Virus record (IMG/VR): IMGVR_UViG_3300016744_000001
Reading direction: 5' to 3' (one strand)
Origin: a virus
Taxonomy: Duplodnaviria > Caudoviricetes
DNA length: 64,000 bases
The position numbers and the translations under genes are program-made. Positions 9,990-20,166 of the stretch are shown here, in pieces (the first letter of the stretch is position 1; every line of letters begins with the position of its first letter). The notes beneath the pieces are model-generated. The model made no database searches. It was not told where the DNA came from and was given only the letters and a program-made list of their open reading frames with translations.

Positions 9990-10122
9990 GATAACACTCC
10001 TTGGTGTTCTTTGTATATTTGATTGAAGAACGTATCACAACAGCGTGGTAGCGTATTCAACCATAACATGTCGTTTTAAACGACAGAGGTTCCGAATTGT
10101 ATGCTCTTAAACAACACTTCTC

Positions 10123-11178
10123 ATGGAGAAAAGTTCCATGTTCAATCCTTCTGAACTCATTGACCACTTGCGAGAGATCTCACCAACTATCTGTGACTAC
10201 CTTGATCGTGAACAGTATCGTGGCAGCTACGAGAATGTTTACGAGTTTGATCCGCTTATGCAAGTGAACATGGTTTTGCCCATCCTTATAAAGGAACTGC
10301 AACAATTGGGGATCAGCTTCAGCTTGCCCCAAGAAGATATCGTGTCGGATGTCAACTATGTTGATGCCCTCTGCGCTCTTCGTGAGTTCTTTGATAAGGA
10401 TAACTTTTACCAGGTTGTGTTCAACAAACCCATCTTGGTAAAGAAAATCCGGACATTGTTTCAGAGTCAGGATATTCGTGTTGCTCAGTATGCATCACAT
10501 ATCTTGGATTTGTGTGCGGAGTCCAGGTCTGGTGACCAGTTACAAATCAAACGGTCGGAATCACTTCAGGATTACTTGGAGACCGATAGCAACTTCACGG
10601 CACACATTTCTGCCGTCCTTGACCTGGGCATCCCTAAGAGTCACATGTCTGAGGATAAACTCATGGTGGCGATGCAGTTTGTCAATAACGTGTTGATGCA
10701 GCAGTTGTATCCTTTGCATCAACGCTGTTGTCGCAAGCTGAAAGAGACTAAAGTACCAGTAGACTTCATTCCTGATTCAACTGAGTACGTACAATTTTGG
10801 TACGACTTGGACATGATTGAGCAGTTTGCATGGTTGAGTAACTTGCGCAAGGACGATCTTGACAACAGCACTCCACGTGGTTTGCTTAATTGGAACATTC
10901 TTGCCAAGATTCATTTGCAATCTGACAAGTTGAATACCAGCATGCTTGCTCACTATGAACACCGTGAAGGAAGCCAAGAAGCCTTGCTCAAATGCATCGT
11001 CCATCAGGCGATTGTAAACTTCGTGGGTAAAAAACCTGCAAGTTATCCTGCGCTTCAATACCTGCTTTCCAATCCGAAACTGGCAGATGTGAATCGCGGG
11101 CAATGGGAATCATTCTCTGAAGATCAACGTGAACAGATCAATCACCTTTTGTACACCGTGCTTGTTGATCTTGATTAG
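10123..11178 (+). CDS. Hypothetical protein upstream of the virion RNAP subunit
   Basis: 351-aa ORF in the same operon as the RNAP subunit. Confidence 0.7.
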   Translation: MEKSSMFNPSELIDHLREISPTICDYLDREQYRGSYENVYEFDPLMQVNMVLPILIKELQQLGISFSLPQEDIVSDVNYVDALCALREFFDKDNFYQVVFNKPILVKKIRTLFQSQDIRVAQYASHILDLCAESRSGDQLQIKRSESLQDYLETDSNFTAHISAVLDLGIPKSHMSEDKLMVAMQFVNNVLMQQLYPLHQRCCRKLKETKVPVDFIPDSTEYVQFWYDLDMIEQFAWLSNLRKDDLDNSTPRGLLNWNILAKIHLQSDKLNTSMLAHYEHREGSQEALLKCIVHQAIVNFVGKKPASYPALQYLLSNPKLADVNRGQWESFSEDQREQINHLLYTVLVDLD

Positions 11179-11189
11179 GAGAAGACATC

Positions 11190-12920
11190 GTGAAACAAAC
11201 CGCTGAAATGGCGTGGTATATGGCAGCTAGCAGACGACGGTCGTTGTTGAAACGAGCGTCATTGTTACTGTTGCATGCTTGCCCAAAAATGCCAATCCTT
11301 AAGTTGCTCTCTACCTTGCACTACGACATTACTGGCAAGGTCATTTTTCCAAGACCTAACGTCAAGCGATTAGCAATTGGTGAAATCGCTGATTTTCCAG
11401 AGATCACCCAGTTATCTGAGGAACACATTACCAAAATCCAGACTGAATACGTCATCACGGTACTCAATGATCAATACATCGCACTGGATTGGGTAGATGA
11501 TCATCTCAGATTGATTGGCTTGTCAGTTGATCTGACGGTTCCTCCGTTCTATCGGTACGATTTTCTGATCGTGTATGATGGAGACATTGAAAACTTTCCT
11601 GGTCAAAAGTTTTCGACTACCTATGGACGATACGTCGCGAACTATTACCAGATTGCTGCTAACTTGATCAATGATTCAAAGAACGTTGATCCACTACTGA
11701 AGTTCCGAAATGAAACATGGAACATCGACAAGTTTGAAGGTGGTTTGACCGAGTTACTGATGGAACACAAATTGGACGTTGGACCAGTCAACAAGTACGT
11801 TGACTTTGCTTACTTTCTTTCCTCGATTGGTGAGATCTGTGGAGCAACATTAACCAAGAAAGCTGTCATCCCAGACCCGGCAATTGCAAAACGTCGAGAT
11901 GAATTGTATAAGAAATACGAAGGCCAGTTGTCTGACCCTCGTATTTCGACAATCATTGAAAACGAATTGATCGCCATGGATAAGGAATACCTTAAAGGTG
12001 ATCCATCTATGGCATTTCTTGGTGACTCGGGTAAGAAGTTCAACGTTCATAGAAAACGTCAGTACATTGCTGTCGGTTTGCTGGAAGAGTTTAGTAAATC
12101 GAAAGGCAAATATGAATTCATCAAAGAGTCATTGTCAGATGGTTGGAACAAAAATTCATTCAAGGCTATCTGCGATGAAATCCGTCGTGGTTCGTTTGAC
12201 CGTGGTGTCGAAACTCAAGTTGCTGGTTTGGATACCAAGTGGATGGTTGCAGTGTTTCAAAACTGCAAAATCATGGGTCATGATTGTGGGTCCAAGCAAA
12301 CACTAAGTGTAACACCAACTGCGGTAACCATCAATTCGTACATTGGTGCTTACATGAAGTCTGATCAAAAGCTTCCAGTGAAGATGATCAACTTCCCCAA
12401 GGAAGAATGGGATCGAATCCAAAATCAAAAAATTATCTACACCACCAGAATCTCTGATGATAAGGATAAATACAAGATTGGGGATATCGTACTGGCACCT
12501 TGGGGCAAACATTACAATGTTATTGACCGCAGTGTATTTGATGATGTCGAACGGCATCCCTTCAGGAGGGACTTGACTCAAGCACAAGCTGATTTGCTTG
12601 CTGGCAAACAGTTTGCTGTCTTGAAACTGGTTCTGACTGATGTGATTCCAGGGTATCAGCCAATCACCAGAGAAAACTGCAAATCATTTGTGGGTCAGAC
12701 GATTCAGATTCGTAGCATGCAGTATTGCAAACAGCCTTATGGCTTTTGTGAAGTGTGTGCGGGCAAGTCGTTTACGGATCTGGACTTTAAGAACATTGGG
12801 ACAATCCCCATTGATATTGGCGCGGTGTTTCTGGCACTAAGCATGAAGTCCATGCATGGTACAAAGATCGACAGCTTCCGGATAGAAACTCCAGAAGCGC
12901 TTGATCGCTATTTCATATAG
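11190..12920 (+). CDS. Virion RNA polymerase beta-prime subunit, C-terminal part (phiKZ gp80-like)
   Basis: Bridge-helix-like RRGSFDRGVETQVAG, Zn ligands DCGS...RSMQYC...CEVCAG, trigger-loop-like LSMKSMHG. Confidence 0.85.
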   Translation: MKQTAEMAWYMAASRRRSLLKRASLLLLHACPKMPILKLLSTLHYDITGKVIFPRPNVKRLAIGEIADFPEITQLSEEHITKIQTEYVITVLNDQYIALDWVDDHLRLIGLSVDLTVPPFYRYDFLIVYDGDIENFPGQKFSTTYGRYVANYYQIAANLINDSKNVDPLLKFRNETWNIDKFEGGLTELLMEHKLDVGPVNKYVDFAYFLSSIGEICGATLTKKAVIPDPAIAKRRDELYKKYEGQLSDPRISTIIENELIAMDKEYLKGDPSMAFLGDSGKKFNVHRKRQYIAVGLLEEFSKSKGKYEFIKESLSDGWNKNSFKAICDEIRRGSFDRGVETQVAGLDTKWMVAVFQNCKIMGHDCGSKQTLSVTPTAVTINSYIGAYMKSDQKLPVKMINFPKEEWDRIQNQKIIYTTRISDDKDKYKIGDIVLAPWGKHYNVIDRSVFDDVERHPFRRDLTQAQADLLAGKQFAVLKLVLTDVIPGYQPITRENCKSFVGQTIQIRSMQYCKQPYGFCEVCAGKSFTDLDFKNIGTIPIDIGAVFLALSMKSMHGTKIDSFRIETPEALDRYFI

Positions 12921-12959
12921 AATGAGTTTAGAACACTCTACCGAAAAGGAACTTTGATC

Positions 12960-13559
12960 ATGTCAACAGCAATGTCTCCAGCAGATATGGCGAAGACCGC
13001 CACAGATTCCACGACCACAGATTCCACTGATACAAAAGCGGCCGCCAAAACCACTGGCACTGCTTCTGACACCAGCAGCAAACCTGCGGTGATCCTATCG
13101 ACAGCGGCACAGCAGTCAGCTGTGTCCACCAGCGTGACCCAAATTCAGGCACTGTGTGACCAGTTCCTCAAAGTGCGTAATGGTAGCAAGCTCACACAGC
13201 TCGTGTCCGGTCAAGAAGAGACCTATGCCCACAGAAGCGTCAAAGCTTTGGGCAACCTGCTGAACTACATCTGGGCCAACCAGAACGACATTCAGGTCAT
13301 TGAGACCTTCCGCAAATTCATGGTGGCCAACCGCAACGGTCAGCTTTCTTGTGAAAATGCCCTGCAGGGCATGAACTATGTCAACTCGGAGATGCTCCGT
13401 AATCGGTACAGTCTCATGTACATGCTCATGTTTGAACTGACCAACCCCACCCGTACCCGTACGGCGTATGACTACATCAATGCAAGCAAGGCTTGTAACA
13501 ACCCCGCCTGCGCCAACCCGAATGGGTATGTCGTATACGTGCAATCACGTATGGCTTAA
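12960..13559 (+). CDS. Hypothetical protein with Thr/Ala-rich N-terminus
   Basis: AAAGGA RBS; ORF followed by a hairpin. Confidence 0.7.
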   Translation: MSTAMSPADMAKTATDSTTTDSTDTKAAAKTTGTASDTSSKPAVILSTAAQQSAVSTSVTQIQALCDQFLKVRNGSKLTQLVSGQEETYAHRSVKALGNLLNYIWANQNDIQVIETFRKFMVANRNGQLSCENALQGMNYVNSEMLRNRYSLMYMLMFELTNPTRTRTAYDYINASKACNNPACANPNGYVVYVQSRMA

Positions 13560-13591
13560 ATGGTCAGTACTTGAGCGTTGGACAATGTCCA

Positions 13592-13627
13592 CTATCCTCA
13601 CCACTCCGTGTGGAGTGGTGAGGATAG
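13592..13627. terminator. 16-bp stem hairpin between convergent genes
   Basis: CTATCCTCACCACTCC-gtgt-GGAGTGGTGAGGATAG. Confidence 0.75.
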
Positions 13628-13642
13628 CTCAAGTGCGAACGA

Positions 13643-14167
13643 CTAGGTGATGTCCTGGTTGTCCATCTTCAATTCGCCAGTGTCATACGTGACCGATCCC
13701 ATACCCGCAAGTTTGGCATCGATGTCATTGATGGCGTCCATGGACAGGTCATCATGAGCAGAAGGAACGAAGGCTGTTTTGGCGTCTACTTTGAAGTCAG
13801 TGAGTACCTTGGCAACAAGCTCACCAAGTAGCTTATTACTGCTCTCACTGTCTCTCTGCTTCATTCTGGTCACAACCCGAGTAGTGAATGCCTTTTCACG
13901 AGAAGAGAGCAGAGAATCGAAGCCACTAAGCAATTTAAGCTGTGCTTCAAGTTGTTCTGCATCACCCATGGGATTGATGTCAAGTTTCTCAATCCCACTG
14001 GCAAATTTCTGCTGGATCATCCCACGAGCTTGGGCTGTACTATTATATACTTGATCCATTCTGCTCAAAAGTTCATTCGTATCTTCAATATGCTCGAGGA
14101 TTACATCAGGGAGTTCGATGGGGGAAGCTTTCTGTTCGGTGGTTTGAGTATCCATCTTGATCACCAA
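13643..14167 (-). CDS. Hypothetical helical protein
   Basis: 174-aa ORF; exact start uncertain. Confidence 0.65.
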   Translation of the reverse strand: MVIKMDTQTTEQKASPIELPDVILEHIEDTNELLSRMDQVYNSTAQARGMIQQKFASGIEKLDINPMGDAEQLEAQLKLLSGFDSLLSSREKAFTTRVVTRMKQRDSESSNKLLGELVAKVLTDFKVDAKTAFVPSAHDDLSMDAINDIDAKLAGMGSVTYDTGELKMDNQDIT

Positions 14168-14271
14168 AATCCTATATAGTTATTTTTACAGTTTCAGTCT
14201 GTATCATCGGATATATGTATTCAAGGGTGATTTTTTTGGTTTTCTGGTGTGCACCAGAAATACCTTAACGC

Positions 14272-14279
14272 TATATTAC
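14272..14279 (+). promoter_or_regulatory. phiKZ-type early promoter motif TATATTAC
   Basis: Exact TATATTAC, intergenic, upstream of a + strand run of small genes. Confidence 0.65.
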
Positions 14280-14400
14280 TACATTGATAGTAATGTCGCA
14301 AAACCAATACAATCCTAGGAGTTTACGAATGACAAGCGTGATCTGGTTGTGGTCGCACCATGGTACTTTTGTGAATTAACCAACAGCACAGAGGTACCTC

Positions 14401-14928
14401 ATGGGGAAGCTCATAACAACAACGTACCCTCCACTGATTGACGTTAAATCAGGAATGTCAATTCAGCAGATGCTACAACAGTCCAAAGGTCGGATTATTG
14501 CAATTTGTGAGACAGCACCAAAGGTTCCAGACGAAGCCTTGATGTTCCAGCTCAAGGATATTGCTGCTGTCCAAAATCCAATTGCTAAACTCACTCGGAT
14601 GATCATCTACCGGATGCGACTCACAGAAGACATGTTCTACGAGCGACATCGTAAGTACAAGGAGTCCATCGGGAAGACACCATCCCAGATCAACACTGAC
14701 AAAGGCAATCTCAAAAAGACGATCATGACACCACGGATCACGATCAAGCAATTTGAGTCGATCATGTCAGTTTTGAACTACGATATCGACGACATGGTGT
14801 TTATCATCAAAGATCGTGATAATGGGAAGGTCGAGGAGTTCAGCTTATCCGATCTTGACAAGATTGGTACGCCAAGGGCAGGCAGAAGTTTTGTCAACGA
14901 TGATTTAACCGTCGATGACGACGAGTAA
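14401..14928 (+). CDS. Hypothetical protein, possibly DNA-binding
   Basis: GAGG RBS; helical DKGNLKK...ITIKQF segment reminiscent of conserved jumbo-phage proteins. Confidence 0.6.
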   Translation: MGKLITTTYPPLIDVKSGMSIQQMLQQSKGRIIAICETAPKVPDEALMFQLKDIAAVQNPIAKLTRMIIYRMRLTEDMFYERHRKYKESIGKTPSQINTDKGNLKKTIMTPRITIKQFESIMSVLNYDIDDMVFIIKDRDNGKVEEFSLSDLDKIGTPRAGRSFVNDDLTVDDDE

Positions 14929-14940
14929 CTGGAGAGAATC

Positions 14941-15189
14941 ATGAGTTGTTTCGACAGTGTTTATGTCAAGTGTCCGAACTGTGGCAGAGAAATGGAATTC
15001 CAGTCGAAGGCTGACAAGTGCGAGATGCAATCATTTACCACTCAGGCAGTACCAGTCAAAGTTGCTGTTGACCTTGATGATAATTCAGACACTTGCCCAA
15101 AGTGTCAATCACAGGTTGTGCTGCACGCAGTGGGTATTCCTGTGCGGGTCACCATGGTGGCTGAAATCATTGAAGAAGAAGAGGATTAA
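14941..15189 (+). CDS. Small zinc-ribbon protein
   Basis: CPNC...CPKC. Confidence 0.75.
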   Translation: MSCFDSVYVKCPNCGREMEFQSKADKCEMQSFTTQAVPVKVAVDLDDNSDTCPKCQSQVVLHAVGIPVRVTMVAEIIEEEED

Positions 15190-15191
15190 CA

Positions 15192-15425
15192 ATGGCGGTC
15201 ATCAAGATTCCTTGCCCGAAGTGTGGCCACGGCAACAGTGTTTACACTGACGGCATGGATACCACCATGCGAGAATATCCTATCAAGAAGGTGCCAGTCC
15301 AGATGGCACTGCGTCTTTTGTCAGATGAAGAAACTGTGGAATGTGAACACTGCCACCGTACTATTGACATCACTTGCCCAGCGCTTACCGGAACGGTTGA
15401 ACTTGTTCCAGTCATCGCTGAGTGA
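15192..15425 (+). CDS. Small zinc-ribbon protein, paralog of the previous gene
   Basis: CPKC...CEHC; shared VPV.(V/M)A segment. Confidence 0.75.
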   Translation: MAVIKIPCPKCGHGNSVYTDGMDTTMREYPIKKVPVQMALRLLSDEETVECEHCHRTIDITCPALTGTVELVPVIAE

Positions 15426-15435
15426 TTGCCATTGG

Positions 15436-15465
15436 GTACCCAGAGGGGATATCCCCTCTGGGTAC
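15436..15465. terminator. Perfect 30-bp palindrome (GGGATATCCC core)
   Basis: GTACCCAGAGGGGAT|ATCCCCTCTGGGTAC. Confidence 0.7.
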
Positions 15466-15561
15466 TTGCGGAGTAGATTCAATCGATGAGTCCCACAAGA
15501 CAATCACAGATCACCCGGATCTGAATTATCAGAGTCAACACGACAATGATAACGACTGCTA

Positions 15562-16125
15562 ATGGTAAGTGAGCATTCCATACAGGAGCAAGATCAAAAT
15601 CAACACCATGAGGACAAAATGATAACGATTGCTTTTGTTCATCAAGAGCAGAAAAATTGTAATGCCTACGGGATCAGGTTAGTCGCGGATACTCGCAAGG
15701 AATTTGAAACTATTGACAGAGAATGTCTTGCACCTTGGCAAAGTCTGACATTTGCTCATCTTCAACGGGACAAGTATGAAGTTATTTCACATCGGGATGA
15801 TTTTGGTGAGATAGGTAAAACCATCTTGACTGAAAGTTGGAATAAAGACGGGATACTTGAGCACCGATTGATTTCCTCATTGCTCAAGTTCAAAAAGAAC
15901 AAACAGAATAATGTCCATATGGTTGGCACTGTTCGTGACATGCAGTATTTCTCCAAAGAACTAGCGCAAACAGTGTACCAGCGATTAGAGTATTTCAAGA
16001 CCATTGCGAATGCGGTATTCCGTGTTAAAGATCTACCGCAGGATTTTTTCGATGATGAAGCAATCTCATTCACTGAAAAAGAAAGAGAGGACTTGATTTA
16101 TCGTCTAATGTCTAGAGATCATTAA
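15562..16125 (+). CDS. Hypothetical protein
   Basis: ORF in an early island; true start may be the downstream ATG of MITIAF. Confidence 0.65.
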   Translation: MVSEHSIQEQDQNQHHEDKMITIAFVHQEQKNCNAYGIRLVADTRKEFETIDRECLAPWQSLTFAHLQRDKYEVISHRDDFGEIGKTILTESWNKDGILEHRLISSLLKFKKNKQNNVHMVGTVRDMQYFSKELAQTVYQRLEYFKTIANAVFRVKDLPQDFFDDEAISFTEKEREDLIYRLMSRDH

Positions 16126-16139
16126 CAGCGGAGGATAGG

Positions 16140-16673
16140 ATGATCCAGTACACCATGAGTCCTGACCGCACAGGGTTCATCGTTATGAGCGATGACCGCA
16201 TGCAATTCAACCAGTTTATAGAAGCACTGAATCTTCCAGAAATTACTGGTTGTGATCCTTACCCCGCAACTTGGTCTGAGAACGGAATCTTTAACCAGTT
16301 TGATGGGTCGTTTGGTCAATTCCCACGGCATAGTAAACAGTGGAAGGAGACTGAGATCACCCCTGGGGAAGATCCAATGACAGCAGTCGTCTTTTGTTTG
16401 TGGACGATCCATCAATGGAGTGAGACTGAGTATTTCCGGTGTCGGGTAAACAATGAAAACTTTGGTAGTGACGATCGTGTCCTTAACCAAGTTGAACTGT
16501 TGTCCACCTGTAAAAATACTAACCCTGAGAAAAACAAAGCCACCCTTCATTTAAAGATGGATGCTCCATGGGAAAACGTTTTCGCGGTTACCACTACAAA
16601 CTGGCGGCTTTGGCGGGAGTTACTTCAAGTAGTTTGTCGAAGTCTTATGGCAGTAGGAGCAAAACGTGCATAG
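16140..16673 (+). CDS. Hypothetical protein, paralog family A
   Basis: GFIVMSDD...F and FAVTTTNWRLW motifs shared with the next two genes. Confidence 0.7.
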   Translation: MIQYTMSPDRTGFIVMSDDRMQFNQFIEALNLPEITGCDPYPATWSENGIFNQFDGSFGQFPRHSKQWKETEITPGEDPMTAVVFCLWTIHQWSETEYFRCRVNNENFGSDDRVLNQVELLSTCKNTNPEKNKATLHLKMDAPWENVFAVTTTNWRLWRELLQVVCRSLMAVGAKRA

Positions 16674-17277
16674 TTTTCAATTGCCAAACGCAATCCTGTC
16701 AACAATTAAAAATGCTACCAATATCAAACACTTCACCAGAGAAACCGAAATTGAAAAATTTATACGAGACAAAGAAGCACTGGAAAAAAGTGCTAAGTTT
16801 TCAATCCCTGGTGGAGTTGTCTACACACTGCATCCAGATCGGGGTGGAATCATTGTTAGAGGGAAAATTCCGGGTGCGTTTGAACGGTTCATGTCAGAAT
16901 TAAATTGCATCAAGTTCTTTGGAACCGAAAGACCAGCAATCGCTGATGGCTCCACTCTTGGTGCAGTTTGTAGCCATCTCACACTGAAACCACTGGTTGA
17001 AGTTTATCCGACACATCAGGAACAATTGCTTTCATGGTACGGTGGCTCAAACGGTTACCTGTGTATAACCTTGAAAGAGAATGTTGATGACCAGCGGCAG
17101 GTTTTCAATTACTTACGGTTACAAAGACCAGACAAGCAACAACCAGAAAGCTTGACCGTTCATTTTGCTAAAGACATGTTCGCATTATCAATGGACAATT
17201 GGAATCATTGGGAACGAATCATGGACCATGTCTACGACACACTGCAAAAATGCGGGGCACAGGGTCTTTGCAGTTAA
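16666..17277 (+). CDS. Hypothetical protein, paralog family A
   Basis: GIIVRG...F and FALSMDNWNHW. Confidence 0.7.
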   Translation: MHSFQLPNAILSTIKNATNIKHFTRETEIEKFIRDKEALEKSAKFSIPGGVVYTLHPDRGGIIVRGKIPGAFERFMSELNCIKFFGTERPAIADGSTLGAVCSHLTLKPLVEVYPTHQEQLLSWYGGSNGYLCITLKENVDDQRQVFNYLRLQRPDKQQPESLTVHFAKDMFALSMDNWNHWERIMDHVYDTLQKCGAQGLCS

Positions 17278-17291
17278 ACAAAAGGATCAAT

Positions 17292-17807
17292 ATGATTCAG
17301 ACCGCACGAGATCGAGTGGATGATGCCGATGGCTTGGTGATCCATAGCGACGACCAGGATGAAATGGGCAGCTTCTTAATGGCGTTGCACTGGGACCGGC
17401 TGACTTGGACAAATCGTCATGGTGATTTTCGGCTGATCGCTCCAGATGGGGCTGAGCTCAAATACATCACCCAGCAACAAGCGTTTACCGCTTCTCCTGA
17501 AGAACTAGCCAAACAAATGTATCTTCAGAGCTTTGCTGGTCTTGGCGGATGCAAATGGAAGTGCAGTGGATACCAGGGAATCGGATTGGTCATGAAAGAT
17601 CATAAACATCAACCAAATTTTCACGTCTTTGTGGATTGGTTGATGTTTACTGATGAAGACGGCATCATTCCTGGTTACTTCAAGTTGAAGTACGATATTG
17701 CAAAGCAATCACTATTCGCATTAGCTTCCCCATCTTGGGGAGTATGGCACGACTTCACTGGGCACATTGATGATATCCTTAGTAAAGTCAAACACGAATA
17801 TGAATAG
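17292..17807 (+). CDS. Hypothetical protein, paralog family A
   Basis: AAGGA RBS before ATG 17292; GLVIHSDD and FALASPSWGVW. Confidence 0.7.
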   Translation: MIQTARDRVDDADGLVIHSDDQDEMGSFLMALHWDRLTWTNRHGDFRLIAPDGAELKYITQQQAFTASPEELAKQMYLQSFAGLGGCKWKCSGYQGIGLVMKDHKHQPNFHVFVDWLMFTDEDGIIPGYFKLKYDIAKQSLFALASPSWGVWHDFTGHIDDILSKVKHEYE

Positions 17808-17845
17808 TGTCATACCTGTGGGTAAAATTACCCACAGGTATGACA
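17808..17845. terminator. 18-bp-arm inverted repeat
   Basis: TGTCATACCTGTGGGTAA-aa-TTACCCACAGGTATGACA. Confidence 0.75.
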
Positions 17846-17889
17846 TTCTTTGATACATGAATGTTTTTCTTTTTTCAAAGGATGCGACT

Positions 17890-18609
17890 ATGACTCCCAA
17901 TCGAAAAAAAGCTGAAGAACTGATTCTTAAAACTGTCAAGACAATGGAACCCAATGGTACCAATGCTGACAGATATAAAGCGACATTTGCACAAATGTCG
18001 GATAAAGAGTTTGACCAGTTCATGAAAGAACTTCGTGACGGCAAACGAAAGCTTGTGTTCTACGCACCAAACATGAAAGTTGTTCTGAGACAAGCAGATC
18101 TGATTGCTGCCGCAGAAGACGTGGGAGCAGAAATCTTCACTCGGATAACTTTCACTGATCCGATTACTGGGATTGCTTATCAACCTTCTGATAAGATCAT
18201 GGTGCTGAAACTCCCGGTACGTCGTACTCGACAGTACAACAAACATGGTATCTCAGTACCAGACAGTGACAGTCGTGTCGACATGACCACTGGACAAGTG
18301 ATCAAGCCAGACCAAGCGTCGCGCTTCTCATTCATCGAGATGCAGCTGTTGTATGGTCGTGGGATGACAAGCACCATTCAAGAGTTCATGAAAGTTCGTG
18401 GTGGTGACATTCCGGCATACGCTCAGTTTAAGCAGTCGCTGCAAGAAACTGGCGAATTCTCATTGTCATCACTTGATCCGAACACCGTTCCTCGTAGCAC
18501 GATGACAACGTCGTTGTTGTTCAAGTGCATGGGGATTGACACCAACTTGGTTGAAGGAACTGTGGACCGAGACCATGAGACACATTCGCTTAGGGTCAAA
18601 GCCAACTAA
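17890..18609 (+). CDS. Virion RNA polymerase beta subunit, C-terminal fragment (phiKZ gp149-like)
   Basis: TGQV...ASRFSFIEMQLLYGRG...EFMKVRGGD corresponds to the beta C-terminal GQRFGEME...E.LT.KSD region. Confidence 0.8.
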   Translation: MTPNRKKAEELILKTVKTMEPNGTNADRYKATFAQMSDKEFDQFMKELRDGKRKLVFYAPNMKVVLRQADLIAAAEDVGAEIFTRITFTDPITGIAYQPSDKIMVLKLPVRRTRQYNKHGISVPDSDSRVDMTTGQVIKPDQASRFSFIEMQLLYGRGMTSTIQEFMKVRGGDIPAYAQFKQSLQETGEFSLSSLDPNTVPRSTMTTSLLFKCMGIDTNLVEGTVDRDHETHSLRVKAN

Positions 18610-18618
18610 GGAGCAGTC

Positions 18619-20130
18619 ATGGCTGATTACACATCAACATCGTCAAATCAACTGGCAGATGTTCCTGGGATGCCTACTGGGAACACACTGATCACTCAGT
18701 TGAGTTCAGCCAGAACAAACCTGATTTCACTGATGAGTGGCGGGCAGTCATCAACAACACTGTTTAACTCGTCACCTGATATCGCCAAGTCATCTTTCAA
18801 TGACACCAGTGGAAACTTTGTTGACTCTAATCTGGTGCGGAATACTCGGACAGGCAATTTCAGTCCTGATGTTCCTCAGAATTTGGTGAATTACAATAGT
18901 GCGAACAATAGTTCGTTGTCAGCGTTCATGGTTGGTTCACAAGGCTCCGCAAACAATCCATTGACTTGGGTAGCTGGTACTACATCCAAGTCAATCAATG
19001 GTATTGACCTTCCCACTGGGATAAAGAATCTCACTGGGCTGAACACCATCATGAGTTCTGGTCAGCTGGCGAAGCTTGCTGGTCTGGGAAGTGAAGCCAC
19101 CAGCTCAATCAAAAGTGCCTTGAAGTCAGTAACCGGTAGTTTATCGGAACTGTGGAGTTCTGGTAGTGCTGCCATGTCTGCCGTGCAGTCTGGTATTCGT
19201 GAAGTCAAAAAGAACTTGGTTGAACCAATCCGCGACCTCACAACAATTGCAGCGCTGGCAACAAATCCTCGAGCCCTTGGTCGGTTAGCTGCATCCAACG
19301 TTGACTTTCTACCTAAACCACTGCAAGCCATCGTGAGCAATGCTGTCGCTACTCAAGCGTCATCCTTACTCGGTGGAACAAACTCAAAGGTTAAGGATAT
19401 CGCAAAAAAGGTTTATGCGATTGATACCTTGATGAGTGGATCTGGTGGTACTTCTGGGCAGCTGAACAACCTGATGGCGTACAATCCATACGGCTACAGT
19501 AGTTCTTACTACCCGACGCTTTCTGGTCAAGGTGGTTCGTATGTTCCTGGGTATTCATCATACCGAGGAAGTGAAGCTGACTATGCTCAGATGACACAAG
19601 CTGTAAACCAGCTCTGTGGAAAAGACACAGTCAAACCTAACTACAACAGTTACAACGCGAACAAATCAGCTTACGACTTACTGATGCAGTACGCCATGAA
19701 TACTGGTGCAGGGCAGATCATCAATGCCCTGATGGGTTGTGCTGGTTCGCAGTATTACGACTCTCGTACCAGCAGCATGATGTACAATTCCTCATCAAAC
19801 ATCGCTTACAACGGTGATGCTTACACGTATCGACAGATCATGCAAGCTGGTGGGGTAGGAAATTCACAAAATCCACTCGGTGATATGTTGGGGCTTTATG
19901 CGAATAGCTCGTATAATGCCAGTAACCAAGAAGACATTGACACGGTCATGCAACAGCATGGTTACACACCAACTGATCTTGTCAGTGGTGGCCAGGTTGG
20001 TAGTTACGATGTGTTGGATGCTTCAAAAATGACGGTGCTTCAACAAGGTGATCCCGCATTCTACAGTCAGTGTGCAAATGACGCTGACTACGCTGCAGTC
20101 AATGTTGCTACACTTTACTACGCCGACTAA
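18619..20130 (+). CDS. Ser/Gly/Asn-rich protein, probable virion (tail/baseplate) component
   Basis: 503 aa, AAGGAG RBS, composition typical of structural proteins; no family recognised. Confidence 0.55.
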   Translation: MADYTSTSSNQLADVPGMPTGNTLITQLSSARTNLISLMSGGQSSTTLFNSSPDIAKSSFNDTSGNFVDSNLVRNTRTGNFSPDVPQNLVNYNSANNSSLSAFMVGSQGSANNPLTWVAGTTSKSINGIDLPTGIKNLTGLNTIMSSGQLAKLAGLGSEATSSIKSALKSVTGSLSELWSSGSAAMSAVQSGIREVKKNLVEPIRDLTTIAALATNPRALGRLAASNVDFLPKPLQAIVSNAVATQASSLLGGTNSKVKDIAKKVYAIDTLMSGSGGTSGQLNNLMAYNPYGYSSSYYPTLSGQGGSYVPGYSSYRGSEADYAQMTQAVNQLCGKDTVKPNYNSYNANKSAYDLLMQYAMNTGAGQIINALMGCAGSQYYDSRTSSMMYNSSSNIAYNGDAYTYRQIMQAGGVGNSQNPLGDMLGLYANSSYNASNQEDIDTVMQQHGYTPTDLVSGGQVGSYDVLDASKMTVLQQGDPAFYSQCANDADYAAVNVATLYYAD

Positions 20131-20134
20131 GTTA

Positions 20135-20166
20135 TCTCTAGCTAGGGGAAATCCCCTAGCTAGAGA
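20135..20166. terminator. 15-bp-arm inverted repeat
   Basis: TCTCTAGCTAGGGGA-aa-TCCCCTAGCTAGAGA. Confidence 0.75.
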
